NCBI GenBank assembly: GCA_964234715.1 | Contig: OZ174284.1 | Origin: Podarcis melisellensis | Lineage: Eukaryota | Direction: 5' to 3' (one strand) | DNA: 64,000 bases | In this document: piece by piece, positions 26,501 through 39,100 of the stretch | Layout of the letters: every line of letters starts with the position of its first letter | How positions within the stretch are numbered: the first letter of the stretch is position 1 | Notes under the pieces: generated by a model | Told to the model about the DNA's origin: nothing | Seen by the model: the letters and a program-made list of their open reading frames with translations, nothing else | Database searches by the model: none | Translations under genes and position numbers: made by a program

Positions 26501-29500
26501 GAATGGTGATTAGGGAAGGAGCTAAGAGATAAATAGAAGACAAACAGTTTATAAAGGCAAAGTGGTGGCCAAGCTGGTGGGAAATGACTGGAGAGTTTCA
26601 CTGAGTGAAGGAATGCCTTGATATCCATGTCACCTGTATTTCCTTCCAAGGAAAGAGGCTTCCTTCTAAGCCAACCTCCTCCAACCTGGCACCCTCCAGC
26701 TGTTTTAGACTACTGCTCCCATCAGCCCCAACCAGCATGACCAATGGTCATGGATGATGGGAGGCAGAAACTAAAATTCCCGGAGGGTACCAAGTGAGGA
26801 AGGGTGCCCTAAGCATTACTTTGTAAAAATGTCTGTGGTCAGAGTCCCCTCTCCCCAAATTCATGCTAATTCAAATACAGTAGGTCAGGTAGTGAATGGC
26901 ATTCCAAACACAGAATGTGTCACCTCTGATCTTCTGTGTGCCACAGGGTATGACTCACGTTCTTTCCGGCTCACCTGTCTTTGAAGAAACGTCTCAGCCC
27001 AAAGGCTACAAGCTTCAAAACTGCTTCCAGGACAAACACAGTGGTGAACATGTAGTTGCAGTACTTGAGGGCAGTCTCCAGAGACTAGGAATTGAAAGAA
27101 AAGGGAACATTAATGTCATCAAGTTCCCTGACCGGTCTGTGAGAATCAAAAGGAAGAAGGTGTGGAAGCATACTTACTGATTTTGAGCACATGCACAATC
27201 TTTTCTCCTAGACTGAGTTCAGGAAAGCTGTTTGCAACAAACCCACCAGTTTGTAGCAAACGCTAATGACTAGTCCCTGTGTCAGTGATAACACCCCTTT
27301 CCTCAGAGCAATTTTTCAAAAGTAACCTCTCCCACTTTAAAACACAAAACAAAATGCTGGACAAATGACTACCCCAAGATACACTGGAAATCACATTTGG
27401 GGTAGAAAACTACCCCATAAAAAGGGCTCAACGGACACCGTCTGCCCTCTGAGGAAGAAAAAGAGAGTGATGGAGCAGGGAAAGACAACATCTGGCGGGG
27501 GAAACAAAATAATTATAACATCAGGGCTTGCTGAGTCTGACTGTCTCCTCCACTGCAGTGCTGATTTTACATTTTACATATTGACTGCTTTAATATTTCA
27601 AAATTGTAAACCGTCTTGGGTGCCTTGGCAGAAAGGCGGTATATAAATGCAACAAATAAACAAATAGTAAGCATCCAATAATATAACATGCATTTAAAAC
27701 ATGTTCCCCACCCCAAAGATTCCTGAGAACTGGAGTTTGTTAAGGATGCTGAGAATCGTAGCTCTGTGAGGGGTAAACTACAGTTTCCAGGATTCTTGGG
27801 GGGGGGAGGAGTCATGTGTTTTAAGTGTATTGTGGGTGTGCAGGCAAAGTGGACATCCCACCTGGTTCATGGGGTGTCAAGGAAGACACACCTAGAATTT
27901 AATTTGGCAGCTGAACGTATGTGAGGTCTAGTGAAGGCAGGAGAAAGCAGTGTTCCTTGTAGGAGAAAACCCACCTCTGCTACTTTTTACAAATATATCT
28001 ACATATTTCTAGGATTCTTGAATACTGAGCTATCAAAAGGCTATGTCTGCAGTGGTATACAGTACCTCAAGTATCTTAACATTTAGTTCCTTTCTGTTTT
28101 GTTTCTTGCTGAGATTTGCCTGTTTCAACCTTGCTTACAGTTCATACATGATTCATTCTTCCATGATGACTGGCTGGTCTTTTATTGTTTTGTAGCAGCT
28201 TTCCATGGCTTAAAAAACCCCAAATGCCAAATTTTGCACAGCCAAGTAAATGCCTCTTACCTACATTGCTGCTATGTGAACCCCCCTTCTTTTGTGTGAG
28301 AGGGGAATCTTTGAGGACATGTCTTTTGAAGGGGCTGCAAAACAAATAGTCTGCACAATATCTCCCCAGATCTGAAGAGGAAGCCCTAGCAACTACCATG
28401 GCTCCTGATGTGGTGACCTAGGAAAGGGTTTGTGGTGGCCTTCTTGGTTATAAAGTTCCCTCCCTGTGGAAATGCTGTGGTCCTCTTAATGGATGACTTC
28501 TTGCCAACATCTCTCTTTGGGCAGGCATTCAGGAGAAGAGTGCTAAAGCTCACTTAATGCACCTGGATTCTGTTAGGATTTTTATCCACCAAGCTGTCCA
28601 GCAAGTAGCACTATGTTGTTTATATCAAGTGAGTGTCTGAGAGCGTGAGACTGGAAGCCTCAGTACTGTTGGAAGTTAGTTTCACTTCTCTGTGTTAGGC
28701 TGTTCTGTACTGATGCTGAGAGAGCACAGACGTGCTGATGGATTCTTTGTATATAGACTGTAAATAAAGTAGTTTTAGAGCTACTAATTGGCTCTTTCTT
28801 CTGTTATGAGATGCCAGAAAATGAGCGTGCTCCTCTCAGGAGGGAGGGGTCGCTTATCACCGGTCTCTCTGGACTGAGGAAGATTTACAGCCAGAGGGTG
28901 ACCACTGGAGAGACGCGCCGGTGTCTTGGGAAGGTGGTGGCCTTCCCAGGCATTTTTCCAACAGATTCCCCCAAAGAATCCTGGGGACACTAATTTACAC
29001 CTCACCGTGCTACAATTCCTAGCACACTTAACAAACTACAGTTCCCTGGATTTTCTGATGGAAGCCATGTGCTTTAAACGTATGGTCTGGATGAACTGTT
29101 AAGAGAGTTGATTTGCTATACCGTGGTACCTCAGGTTAAGTATTTAATTCGTTCTGGAGGTCTGTTCTTAACCTGAAACTGTTCTTAACCTGAAGCACCA
29201 CTTTAGCTAATGGGGCCTCCAGCTGCCACTGCGCCACCAGAGCATGATTTCTGTTCTCATCCTGAAGTAAAATTCTTAACCCAAGGTATTATTTCTGGGT
29301 TAGCGGAGTCTGTAACCTGAAGCGTATGTAACCCGAGGTACCACTGTACATGTACTTGGTTTAATCCTTTTGCTTATTGGTTCGATGTATTTGTGATATG
29401 TTTATTTCATTGTTGTCTACTGCTCTGTGATCTTGCAGGGTGAAAGCTGGGTTAGAAGTATTAATGATGGTGATGATGGTGATTATTTCGGGGGGGAAAC

Positions 29501-32500
29501 AGTAGTACTGAAAACAACACTGGAGAAGGGGGCGCAGAGGCACTTGAGAGAAGAAACAGGTTGGCCAGGGCAATGGCTGTAGCTCTAAGGGCTTGCTCTA
29601 AGGGATGCTGTGGTAAGACTGCACCCTTGTTTCTGAAGTATTAATCTCATCACAAATATGTTGTAGTAGAGTTTAAACCAGGACAGGACTTGGTATTAGA
29701 TGCAGGCTTATGAGTCATACTGCATTCCATGGAAATGAGTCACGTTGCATTCTGTGCCACAGGGCTATCAAGCTATGCTTCTGCTCTGAACAATCTCTGT
29801 TCATCTGAACGATTGTATCGTTGGAAGGTGGGTGGTATGAAAGGAATCCAAACATCATTACATGCCACTTCTGGCATCAGTACAGTGGGACAACTTTCAC
29901 AAATTAACTGATCAGTAAATAAATGAGGGGTCTCCAAAGAGAACAATCTATGGGCAACAGCTCTTCATCTTTTTTGAGGAAGCGGGAAACTAAGTTTTCT
30001 GAAGAAGTGGTATCTGAAGAAGTGTGCATGCACACGAAAGCTCATACCAAGAACTGACTTAGTTGGTCTTTAAGGTGCTACTGGAAGGATTTTTTTTTTT
30101 GTTTTTTTCTGAAGAAGTTAGCAGACTTTTTCAAAATTGTATGAAGCTCCTGCAACTCACTAGAAAGAGTTCGGATAATTATGTCTGGCATATCTGGAGT
30201 TCCATATGCTTGAGCCACCTTAAAGCATTTTATTGGCATTCCATTATGCCAGAATAATTAACAGGTTGGGAAAGTGACATACAAGGAGGCGAAGAGAGAT
30301 GTCTCCTACTTGAAGATTTGACGGGTGTAACAAGGAGGGAGGGAGGAGATAGGATGATGAGCTTATAAGCAAAACCCAAAAGAAACTGGGATGCAGGAGG
30401 AGAAACAAGGTATAAACCATAGGAATCCTGACAAAAATTGTTCTTGAAGCCTAACAGAAAGAGAAGGTGAGTTAATGACTGCAGTTCTGCCCACTTCAGA
30501 TCTTAGAAATTAAAGACCCTGCCTCTTGAAGATAGCAGGCTCTGGAGGCAGAGGTTTCCTGGCACGCATGAATACAGAACTGAGCAGGATGTACTTACCC
30601 AGAGGGAAAAGACCTTTTAATCTTATGTCATATATATTTGATTCTGAGAGCCAAGAATTCATTTCTTCAACTAAGCCACACTAGTACTGTGTGTGTTTTG
30701 GTAACAGCATCATTTTGGTTTAGGAGAAATAGACAGGAAGGATTCTCTCTCTAGGATCATGCCATCCCCCACCCCACTAGATGACAAACTCCTTTGGACA
30801 TGAAGCGAAATGGGAAACAAGGAGTAGCAAACAGGTTGGATTAAGAAATACACATCTCATCTGGCAAACTGCACTTTGAAAGCGGAAAAAATAAGGGTTG
30901 CATGCCACCCCAATCTCCATGAGTAGTGCAAAAGTCCTGGGGTTGCAGACATGCTTACCAGGGTCTGTGCTCCCTTTTGAGACACAACAGAGACTGTGGT
31001 CGCCCACTAGCACCCAGAAAAGAAGGGCCCCCACTCCCTCTTGTCTGGCAATCTTGCCCTCTGATGGTTTCCTGGATGGGCCATTACTGACCTTTGACCT
31101 CTGCTAATGGCCCATCCAGCTAGCTCTGCAAAGCTGGCTTGGCTTGTTAGCATAATTAAAGTCAGGGGTTTTCCATGTTTGGTGAAGTTTAATCGAACAT
31201 TGATTAATTCTAACTTTTACTGACTCCAGAAATTATGGGGAGTATCTAGCATGCAGGAATTTAGGGGATTCTGCCCCCCCACAAACCTATAACATCAGAC
31301 ATGAGCTCCTCACCATTAGGCAGCCCTGTTCAGGGAAGTTTTTAATCTGTGATATTTTAGTGTATTTCTGGTTTTTGTGGAAGCCGCCCAGAGTGGCTGG
31401 GGAAACCCAGCCAGATGGGCGGGGTACAAATAATAAATTATTATTATTATTATTATTATTAGTTTGTACCTATTTGCTGTACTTATCCTGTTAGATCTGG
31501 CTCAATTTATGGACAATTTTGCACAGTGATATTTATCACGGAACTTTTCAACTGGCAAGGTGGACAATCATATAGCACGTGGCTCTAGTGAAACTATATA
31601 GTGACCAGACACAGGCCCTAATAAAGCAAGTTTTGTAATAAAGGGGACCTGCTGTTCTTTGCTTTGTGAGTGTAGTGGTACCTCTGTTTAAGAACTTAAT
31701 TCGTTCCGGAGGTCCGTTCTTAACCTGAAACTGTTCTTAACCTGAGGTACCACTTTAGCTAACGGGGCCTCCCGCTGCTGCCGCGCCGCTGGAGCACAAT
31801 TTCTGTTCTCATCCTGAAGCAAAGTTCTTAACCCGAGGTACTATTTCTGGGTTAGCGGAGTCTGTAACCTGAAGCGTCTGTAACCCGAGGTACCACTGTA
31901 GTTCTCTCTGTAGCCTGTTCCCAACTCATCTTCTAATACCATTTTACTCCTAATTGCTAGACACCTATTCTCTACTTTATGTAAAAAGCAGCTCTTTGTG
32001 AAAAGGGGAGGAGAACAAGGAAGGAGGAGGAAGGCATAAAGGTGGGATTTAGTCCCTTGAACTCACTCACCATTGGCTGGTTGTAGTGCTCCAGGGACAT
32101 AGTGACAACGTTGAGGCAAATTATGAAAGTGATGAAGATGTCCAAGTAGTGGCTGGTGCAGACTGAATGGATGAGGAGGCGGACAGAGCAGTAGGTGGCA
32201 TAATACGGCAAGCGCTGTGCTTCTGCCATGGGAGTGGCAAGGGGAGCAATCCAGGGAGGGAGGGAGGGAAGAGGAAGAACAGAGAAGAGGCAAGGAAAGG
32301 AAAGAATGGAAATGGAGGAAGGGGAGCGAGGTGAAAGGAAAGGAAAAAAAGAATGTAATAAAAGGGAACCAGAAGACGGGGAAGAAAACAGAAATGAGAG
32401 TGAGTAAGTGAAAGGGAAGAGGGGAGGAGAGGGGAGAGGGGAGGGACAGAAAGAATCTGTTAGTCCTGTGTTTGTAGAAATGATACTAAACCAGCATTTC

Positions 32501-33399
32501 ATGCTCCAACAAATTGAGTTTTCAAATGAGCACAGGAAGCAAACATCTCCAGAAAAGGAAAATCTGAAGTAAGGAGAAGTTACAGGGACTTCCATGGTTC
32601 TGGGACAGAGGTGCATTCAAAGGGGTTTAAGGAGCAGACAAGGGGAGAGGAAAGGCTGGACTAATTCACATCCAGGTGCATTTGGGGGTATGTGTGTTTT
32701 TCTCATTAAATCATGTACACACAAAACTACCCGCACAAATAAGAGGCACATTGAAACGGGATTCTCTTGGTTCCAAGCCTGTCTTAGAATATGATGACTG
32801 AAAGAGATAGAGATAGCCATGGGCGCCATCTACCCAAAGAACAGGTGATGTTAACAGGTTTTTGGGGGCAGATGCTCAATGACATTTGACCAAGCGGCAA
32901 ACAGCTCTCACAGTTTTGCCACCCACATACACATTAAGAACATAAGCACCTGCTGGGTCAGGCCAATGGACTCTCTAGTCTGGCACCCTGTTCTCACAGT
33001 GGCCTGTGAGAAGCCCAAGAGCAACAGCTCTCTCTCCCTTTTCACATGGTTTCCTCTGACTGTGGAGGTAAAATGCAGTCACCTGGGTTAGCGATGTTGT
33101 ATTCGTTGTTGTTGTTTTTAATAAAAAATGATAAGTTTTTTTTCTCAGAAAACTTCAGCCTACGAACCAACAAAACACTTAGGTTGTTCCTTACTCCTAC
33201 GCTTCTTCTCCAGGCGCCTCAGGCGCTTCTCTTCCCGCCGCCGGGCCTCTTCTGCCTCTTGGTGTTGCCGACATTTGTGGAAGTTCTCCACCACCACCCC
33301 TACAAACATGTTGAGGACGAAGAAGCTGACGATGAGCAAGAAAGAAATGAAGTAAAGGAGCATCCAAGGGTTGTTGTTGGTCACTGGCTGGAATTAAAA

Positions 33400-33446
<47 letters not shown>

Positions 33447-36103
33447 GACTGTAGTTAGCACGTTATGAGAGGAAAGACCAAGAAGATGATTTTGTTGAAG
33501 GAAATCAGAGATTTCTGGAAATCAAGGAAGACGGCAATAATTTATGTTTTTTATGACCAATGGGAGACCCAAACTTCATGGAAATGTGGCGCAGGACACA
33601 TCCTCCCTCCCCTCAAGCAGTGGAGAGTGATATTTGTGATTTATTGAGGAGAGTTTACAGGCAATCCTTCCTTGACTGCCGGTTCTTTTCTTTCCTGCTA
33701 CTAGGGAAGGCATGGTGCATGAACAAAAGTACTGCCATCACAGTGACATTCATCCATTCTGTCCATCATGAGGATGGTTTTAATTAATAGGGCAGCAATA
33801 AAAAAACTAGAGCAGTGTCATGTTGAGGAGAATGAATATTGAGCTGGGAAGGTTCCTGCTTCTCTGAGTGGTCAGGTCAAGCTACTGTATTTCATCCTCA
33901 GTCCTACCCTTGTAATCTACAATAAGGGGATAATAATAGTGTTATATCTTGCAGGTTTGTTGCATGGAATATTCATAATTTATATGAAGTACAGAGGAAA
34001 AGCAAAACAATCAGTCCAACTAATTTTTAAACTCTCCCACTCAATTAAAAAGTGCTTTAAATTATTTTTTTAAAGCTCTCAGATTTATTGGGCTATTGCA
34101 CACGATGATCTTGATCAAATTCCAAAACAGTATCATTTTTTCCTGCACTCTAAACTTTTGGGGGGAATACAAACCAGGAGTGCAGTGTTAAGAGCTTATT
34201 GAAACAGTGTCCGAAAAGGATTTGACATGCGTGTCTTTCTGTGTGGGGGTGGCATTAGTATTTAGATTAATAATATTGGTAGCTGGAATACAAGAATAAT
34301 AATTACAGTATCAGAGAAGAAGACTAGGATAATTACAATAATTCTCTGAAGAACTCATTTAGCAATGTATACACAAATTATTAATGTTTGATCACTATTA
34401 TCAAGTCATTAAATATCAGAAATTAGTACAGGCACAACAGCATTTTTCAGTGAAGTAATTTTGCAGCCCTGTGTGTATATTTGCTGCCTGAGATGCCAAA
34501 GAGAATATCCAGATGGGTAATGAAGCTAAGCTAGAGAAATGGAACGGTCAAATCCTATGCATGTCTACTCTGAATAAGTAATTCCCAAGTTTCAGGTAAG
34601 TGGGTCGAGGTCAACAGTCTAAGGATTTTCCAGATTATTTTAAAAACAAAGCCCTGTTTTTGTTTTTGTTTTAAAGTGTTTTACTCATTGTAGAACAAAT
34701 CCAGCATGGAATTTAATTCTATGTACTGGAAAGGGGGAGAAACCTTGTTTGTGGTGGGAGTCATTCTGCATATGTAGCAGGAGAGTGAAGAACTCTCACA
34801 AGAATTAATAAGGAGAAGGCGGCGTCATTGGTAAGTAATTTATGTCACAGGCACTGTTCAATAGGAGAAATCCACACTAAAATGCTGGTGAATTTTTATA
34901 TGGATCTTTAAAAGAAAACTCACGAATCGCTGCACAGGTGTGGAGAACTGAAATTCAGTTTGGAAAAATGCAGAACTGAGAGAACAAAAATTGACAGATT
35001 CTTCTTGTCCTTATTCCCATGTAGGTAAAAACCATTTTGTACACATATTTTGGCTGCCCTAGAACTGTTGTGAGGTTGTGCTAGAAATGGTTCTCTCCAA
35101 ACAAGACCAGCTGAAAACCATTCTGCTATACTGAGAAAACAAGTTGCGTTCACAGTGTGGGTGTAATATATCACCGTCACTGTTTAGGTCCTGTGCAACT
35201 GCCATCTGCATTAGGGAAGTGATCTTGCATTATTAAAGTGAACAGGAACAGCAGCAGATTTTAGCTGCCAGCCGTGAAAAGCCCTGCCTAGGGTGGGAAT
35301 TGCCGCAAGTGATCATCAATCTGAAGAGTCTGCCATCATGCCCCAAAGGACACATGATACTACTGCAAAGCCATTAAGAGATAAAGAAGACGACGACAGT
35401 GATTGGCAGAAGTTTATGCAAAAAGAATAAACGTGGGAGCATTAAAACAATTTTCTCCATGCTAGTTACCTGAGAGATATGCCATGTCTGCACGCACAGA
35501 AAACAAAAGCTACACCCACTACAAATTAGATGAGGACAAACTGCAGTAAAAACGGAATGGCCCGGCATGAAAATAGTACCAATCAATCTGAGAAATCTCT
35601 GAGGGAAGCAATGTGCTTTCAATGCAAGGTGTATATACAATCCTAGTACAGTTAAATAAGGAACTTATACTCTAAGGGCGCCTCCAGACTGTGGCAAATT
35701 CGTGGAAGGGATTCGAGCATATACTTGCACTGTTGGTTTGTGCAATGAAAGTGGATTAAAGCATGCTGTTGACCTAGAGCAACAAATCTGCTTTTAAAAA
35801 TGCAAATCAATGGTTAACAGAAAGATGCACAAACATCTCACAAAGCAACCGCGGATGAATTCTCATTGCATAACTGTTGCATTAAAAAGTCAGAATAAAT
35901 GCTCAATGAAGAGTTTGTTTGGAGGGGGCTGAAAACAGGAGAGAAACAGCAGTGAGAGGGAGTGATAGAGAAGAGAAGGAGAGAGGACTGCGGGCAAATG
36001 TCTTGATGCGCATTTAAAGCCTATTTACACTTGGGAATGAGGATCAAGAGTATCCACTAAAGGCCATGGGGAAAATGCAAGTTTTGAGGAGAGAATAGAG
36101 AAC

Positions 36104-36146
<43 letters not shown>

Positions 36147-39100
36147 CATTGCAGAGGTACTCAGAAAGGCAGTTCAATGCATACAGCAAGAGGACATATT
36201 AGAAGGGAGGGTCACCTGAGAAATCTGTTATTCCCAAATTCTGCTACAATCTGACCTGATCTCTAATACTAAAATGCAGGTCAGAAATGGGTAATCTTTT
36301 GGAGTTTGCACTTCTAATTTTGCAATGCAGCTCCCGCACTCAAAAAAAGTACTAAAATGCATCTAGAAATGCATGTTTTCATGATGACATAAATTTAGAA
36401 AAATGCACTTTGCGAGAAAATACCATTAGGAAAATATGTTCAAACATATATATTTTAAATTGCAGGGTCTTTTTTTATGCAGAAACAGGGAGGATTGGCT
36501 TTATGAATGAACACATGCAAAACAGACATTGACCAGAAAAAGAGTGCTCTGTCTATGCTCACTCAATGTCTTTTGTCATAGAGAATTCATGAAAAATGGC
36601 CTGCTGCACTATGTTATCCAGAAGAAACTTAACCACTCCCCCTATAACTTCCTAGTACTTGGGGAGGTACATAGCAAAACAATTAGGAGTCATCAAAGAT
36701 GGCTCATCGAGCCTATTTAACAACCCAGCTGAAAGCAACATGAATGATCATTTTGTAAAGCAAGTTCCATACCTGCTGATCAACAGCCACAGCATCCAGT
36801 CCATTGTACATAATGTTGACCCAGCCATCTTTGGAAGCCAGTACAAAGAGTGACATCAAAGCCTGCAACACATGAAAGTGAGTCAGCTTTTGACTGGTTC
36901 AGGGGTTGACTATTTGATGCACACAAATGAATAGCAAAAAAACAGAGAGCTCCTTTCCTTCCTTCTTCCTCCACCACCCTGCCAAAGTTCTCCAGGAAAA
37001 GTTGATGGGAGAGGGAAAAGAATTTGCCTGTGAAAAGGGGGAAGAGAGAGAAGGAAGTGCTGCCAGACAGCTGTCCTCTGAGAAATTCGTCCCTAGAGAA
37101 ACACCAGATCAGCTCAGTCACACTGTTAGTTTAGAAAATAACTCCTCACAATACACGCCATTCCTTGCTAAAATGTCACAAATCTATCAAATCCAAGGGG
37201 TTGCAAAAAAGGGAAACATGAAAAGTATCAGGAAGGACTGTGGCATGCATCTGATTATAATTTTTTAAGAACCCACTTATCTCCCTTTAGAACTGGCTCT
37301 GAACTCTTCCCTGCCACGTCTCACTCCAGCATGGAAAATTTGCACTCCATGCAAAAGTTGACCCTTCAAAAAAGATTCCAAGACACTTCAAGAGGCCTCC
37401 CTCCACCAACACTGGGAGAATATTATGGGAGAAGTATGGAGCATCCATTAAGAAAACATACAGATTAGAGAGTGAATTTCAACTGGATGCAAACAGGGAA
37501 AGAAGCTAGAATATTTTAATCAGAAATGTAAAGCATCCTCCATAAACACTCGCTCTGCTTGCTCCCTTAAGAGCCTCCAGAGGCTGAGACTCGGCAGTTT
37601 CCCTAGGCAACCATTTTCATTTCCCCAACAGTTCTTTTTGCAAGGAGATCTTCTCTAATGTCCGGCCTGAACATGCTTTACTGGAATCTAAACACACTAT
37701 TTGTAGTCCTTTTTTCTTTGTCCCTTGTAAACACCGTCCCCCCGATTGATTTCTTTCCATTTAAAACTTGCCACCAGGTCTCTTAAGATAGCATACAACG
37801 TAAACCGCATGAAAATGATATCCCTGTTCACACAACTAAACAGAGCATACTGAACATGTGCTGCTGCAAGGCAGGATTGTGGTGGCAGGCCTCATCTCCA
37901 CCCTCCATGCAGTGCAGGGTCTGTAGGATCCTGCCTTCCTGTCCTACATGCCCAGTAAATCCTGATTAGCACCATCAACAGCGTTGGAATTAGAGTTAAA
38001 ATTCTGACTTTTGAAAAGATATTTGAAAATATTTTCAATTAATTATTACAGTTTAATCCCTCATAATGCATAGCTGTTTATCCTTTCCACATAAATCATG
38101 TGCACATGTCCTATGGTGGGAAGGGCCACAGCTCAACAGTAGGGTGTCTGCTTTGCATCTAAAGGTTCAATTCCTGTCGTGTCCAGGTGGTAGGGCTGGA
38201 AGGGAAGCCTGGAGGGCAACTTCTAGTCAGTGCAGACAATGCTGAGCTAGATGGACTGATGGTCTTGTGTTACCATCAAACTTCTGACACCGTGTGTTGG
38301 CTTCAGCTGTTTATCTAGAAACTCACTATAAGCCAAGTTAATGAACTTTATTTCTGAAAAGGTCTGGGAGCCTACATAAAGTAGTAACAAACTTCTGCAG
38401 TCAGGCCACTTCTCTGAGTCAGCTCTGCAGCAGCTGGCCTCCTAGGCTATGCCTGTTTCTCTTAAAGGGGCCATGTGCCAGTTACTTAACTACACAATTC
38501 ATACAGGTGTGACTCAATAGAAGGCAGCTTTCTACGTGTTCTAGAACCTCAACATGCTATTTCTCGTTCTTTTTTCTTTTAGGTCTCAGAGGTCTTCAGC
38601 TTTCTCTTATATTTGAGACCACTTGAAAGATTCCTGGATACCGTAATTGAGATACGCTGCTTTTATTGAATTTTTTAAAGCAGCTTCTGAATTGCTGCTT
38701 TGCATTAATCATTTATTGTACAGTACGCCAACTTGATATTATTCCAATAAGATGAGGTATATCAGTATTTTAAACCAACCAACCAACCAAACCAAAGCAA
38801 ACCAGACCTTGAGGCATTATCTGAACCAAAGTTAAGCACTGAAATTAGTAATGGAGTAAAGGCTACAGTTCTTTAACCCACTTACCTGGGAGCCAACCCC
38901 ATTAAACAATGGTATTTACTTCTCAATAGACATGTAAGTGCATGCTTAACTGAAGCTTTAATTGCCGTTTTTATTAAAACGTGATTGGTTTAGTTTAGTT
39001 TCAATGTGCTGATTTTACTGCTGAAACCAAGGAGACTTAGAAGCGCTTAATGTTGGATGGACTGTGCCATTTGCAATTCTGATTCTTAAGATATATCTAT

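Noticed and set aside
30599-30643. 45-nt pseudoexon with a GTAAGT donor and an in-frame TAA
   Set aside because: Mediocre acceptor and AT-rich body; such matches are common by chance in long introns
32584-32601. Possible III-IV linker microexon after the strong acceptor ...CTCTGTCCCAG|
   Set aside because: The available donors give 10 or 16 nt (frameshifting) and are weak, and read-through stops after 6 codons; no in-frame product
31972-32616. 214-aa minus-strand ORF running through the IVS1 exon
   Set aside because: Only 32071-32222 is real exon; the upstream part is open because a pyrimidine tract rarely contains stop codons
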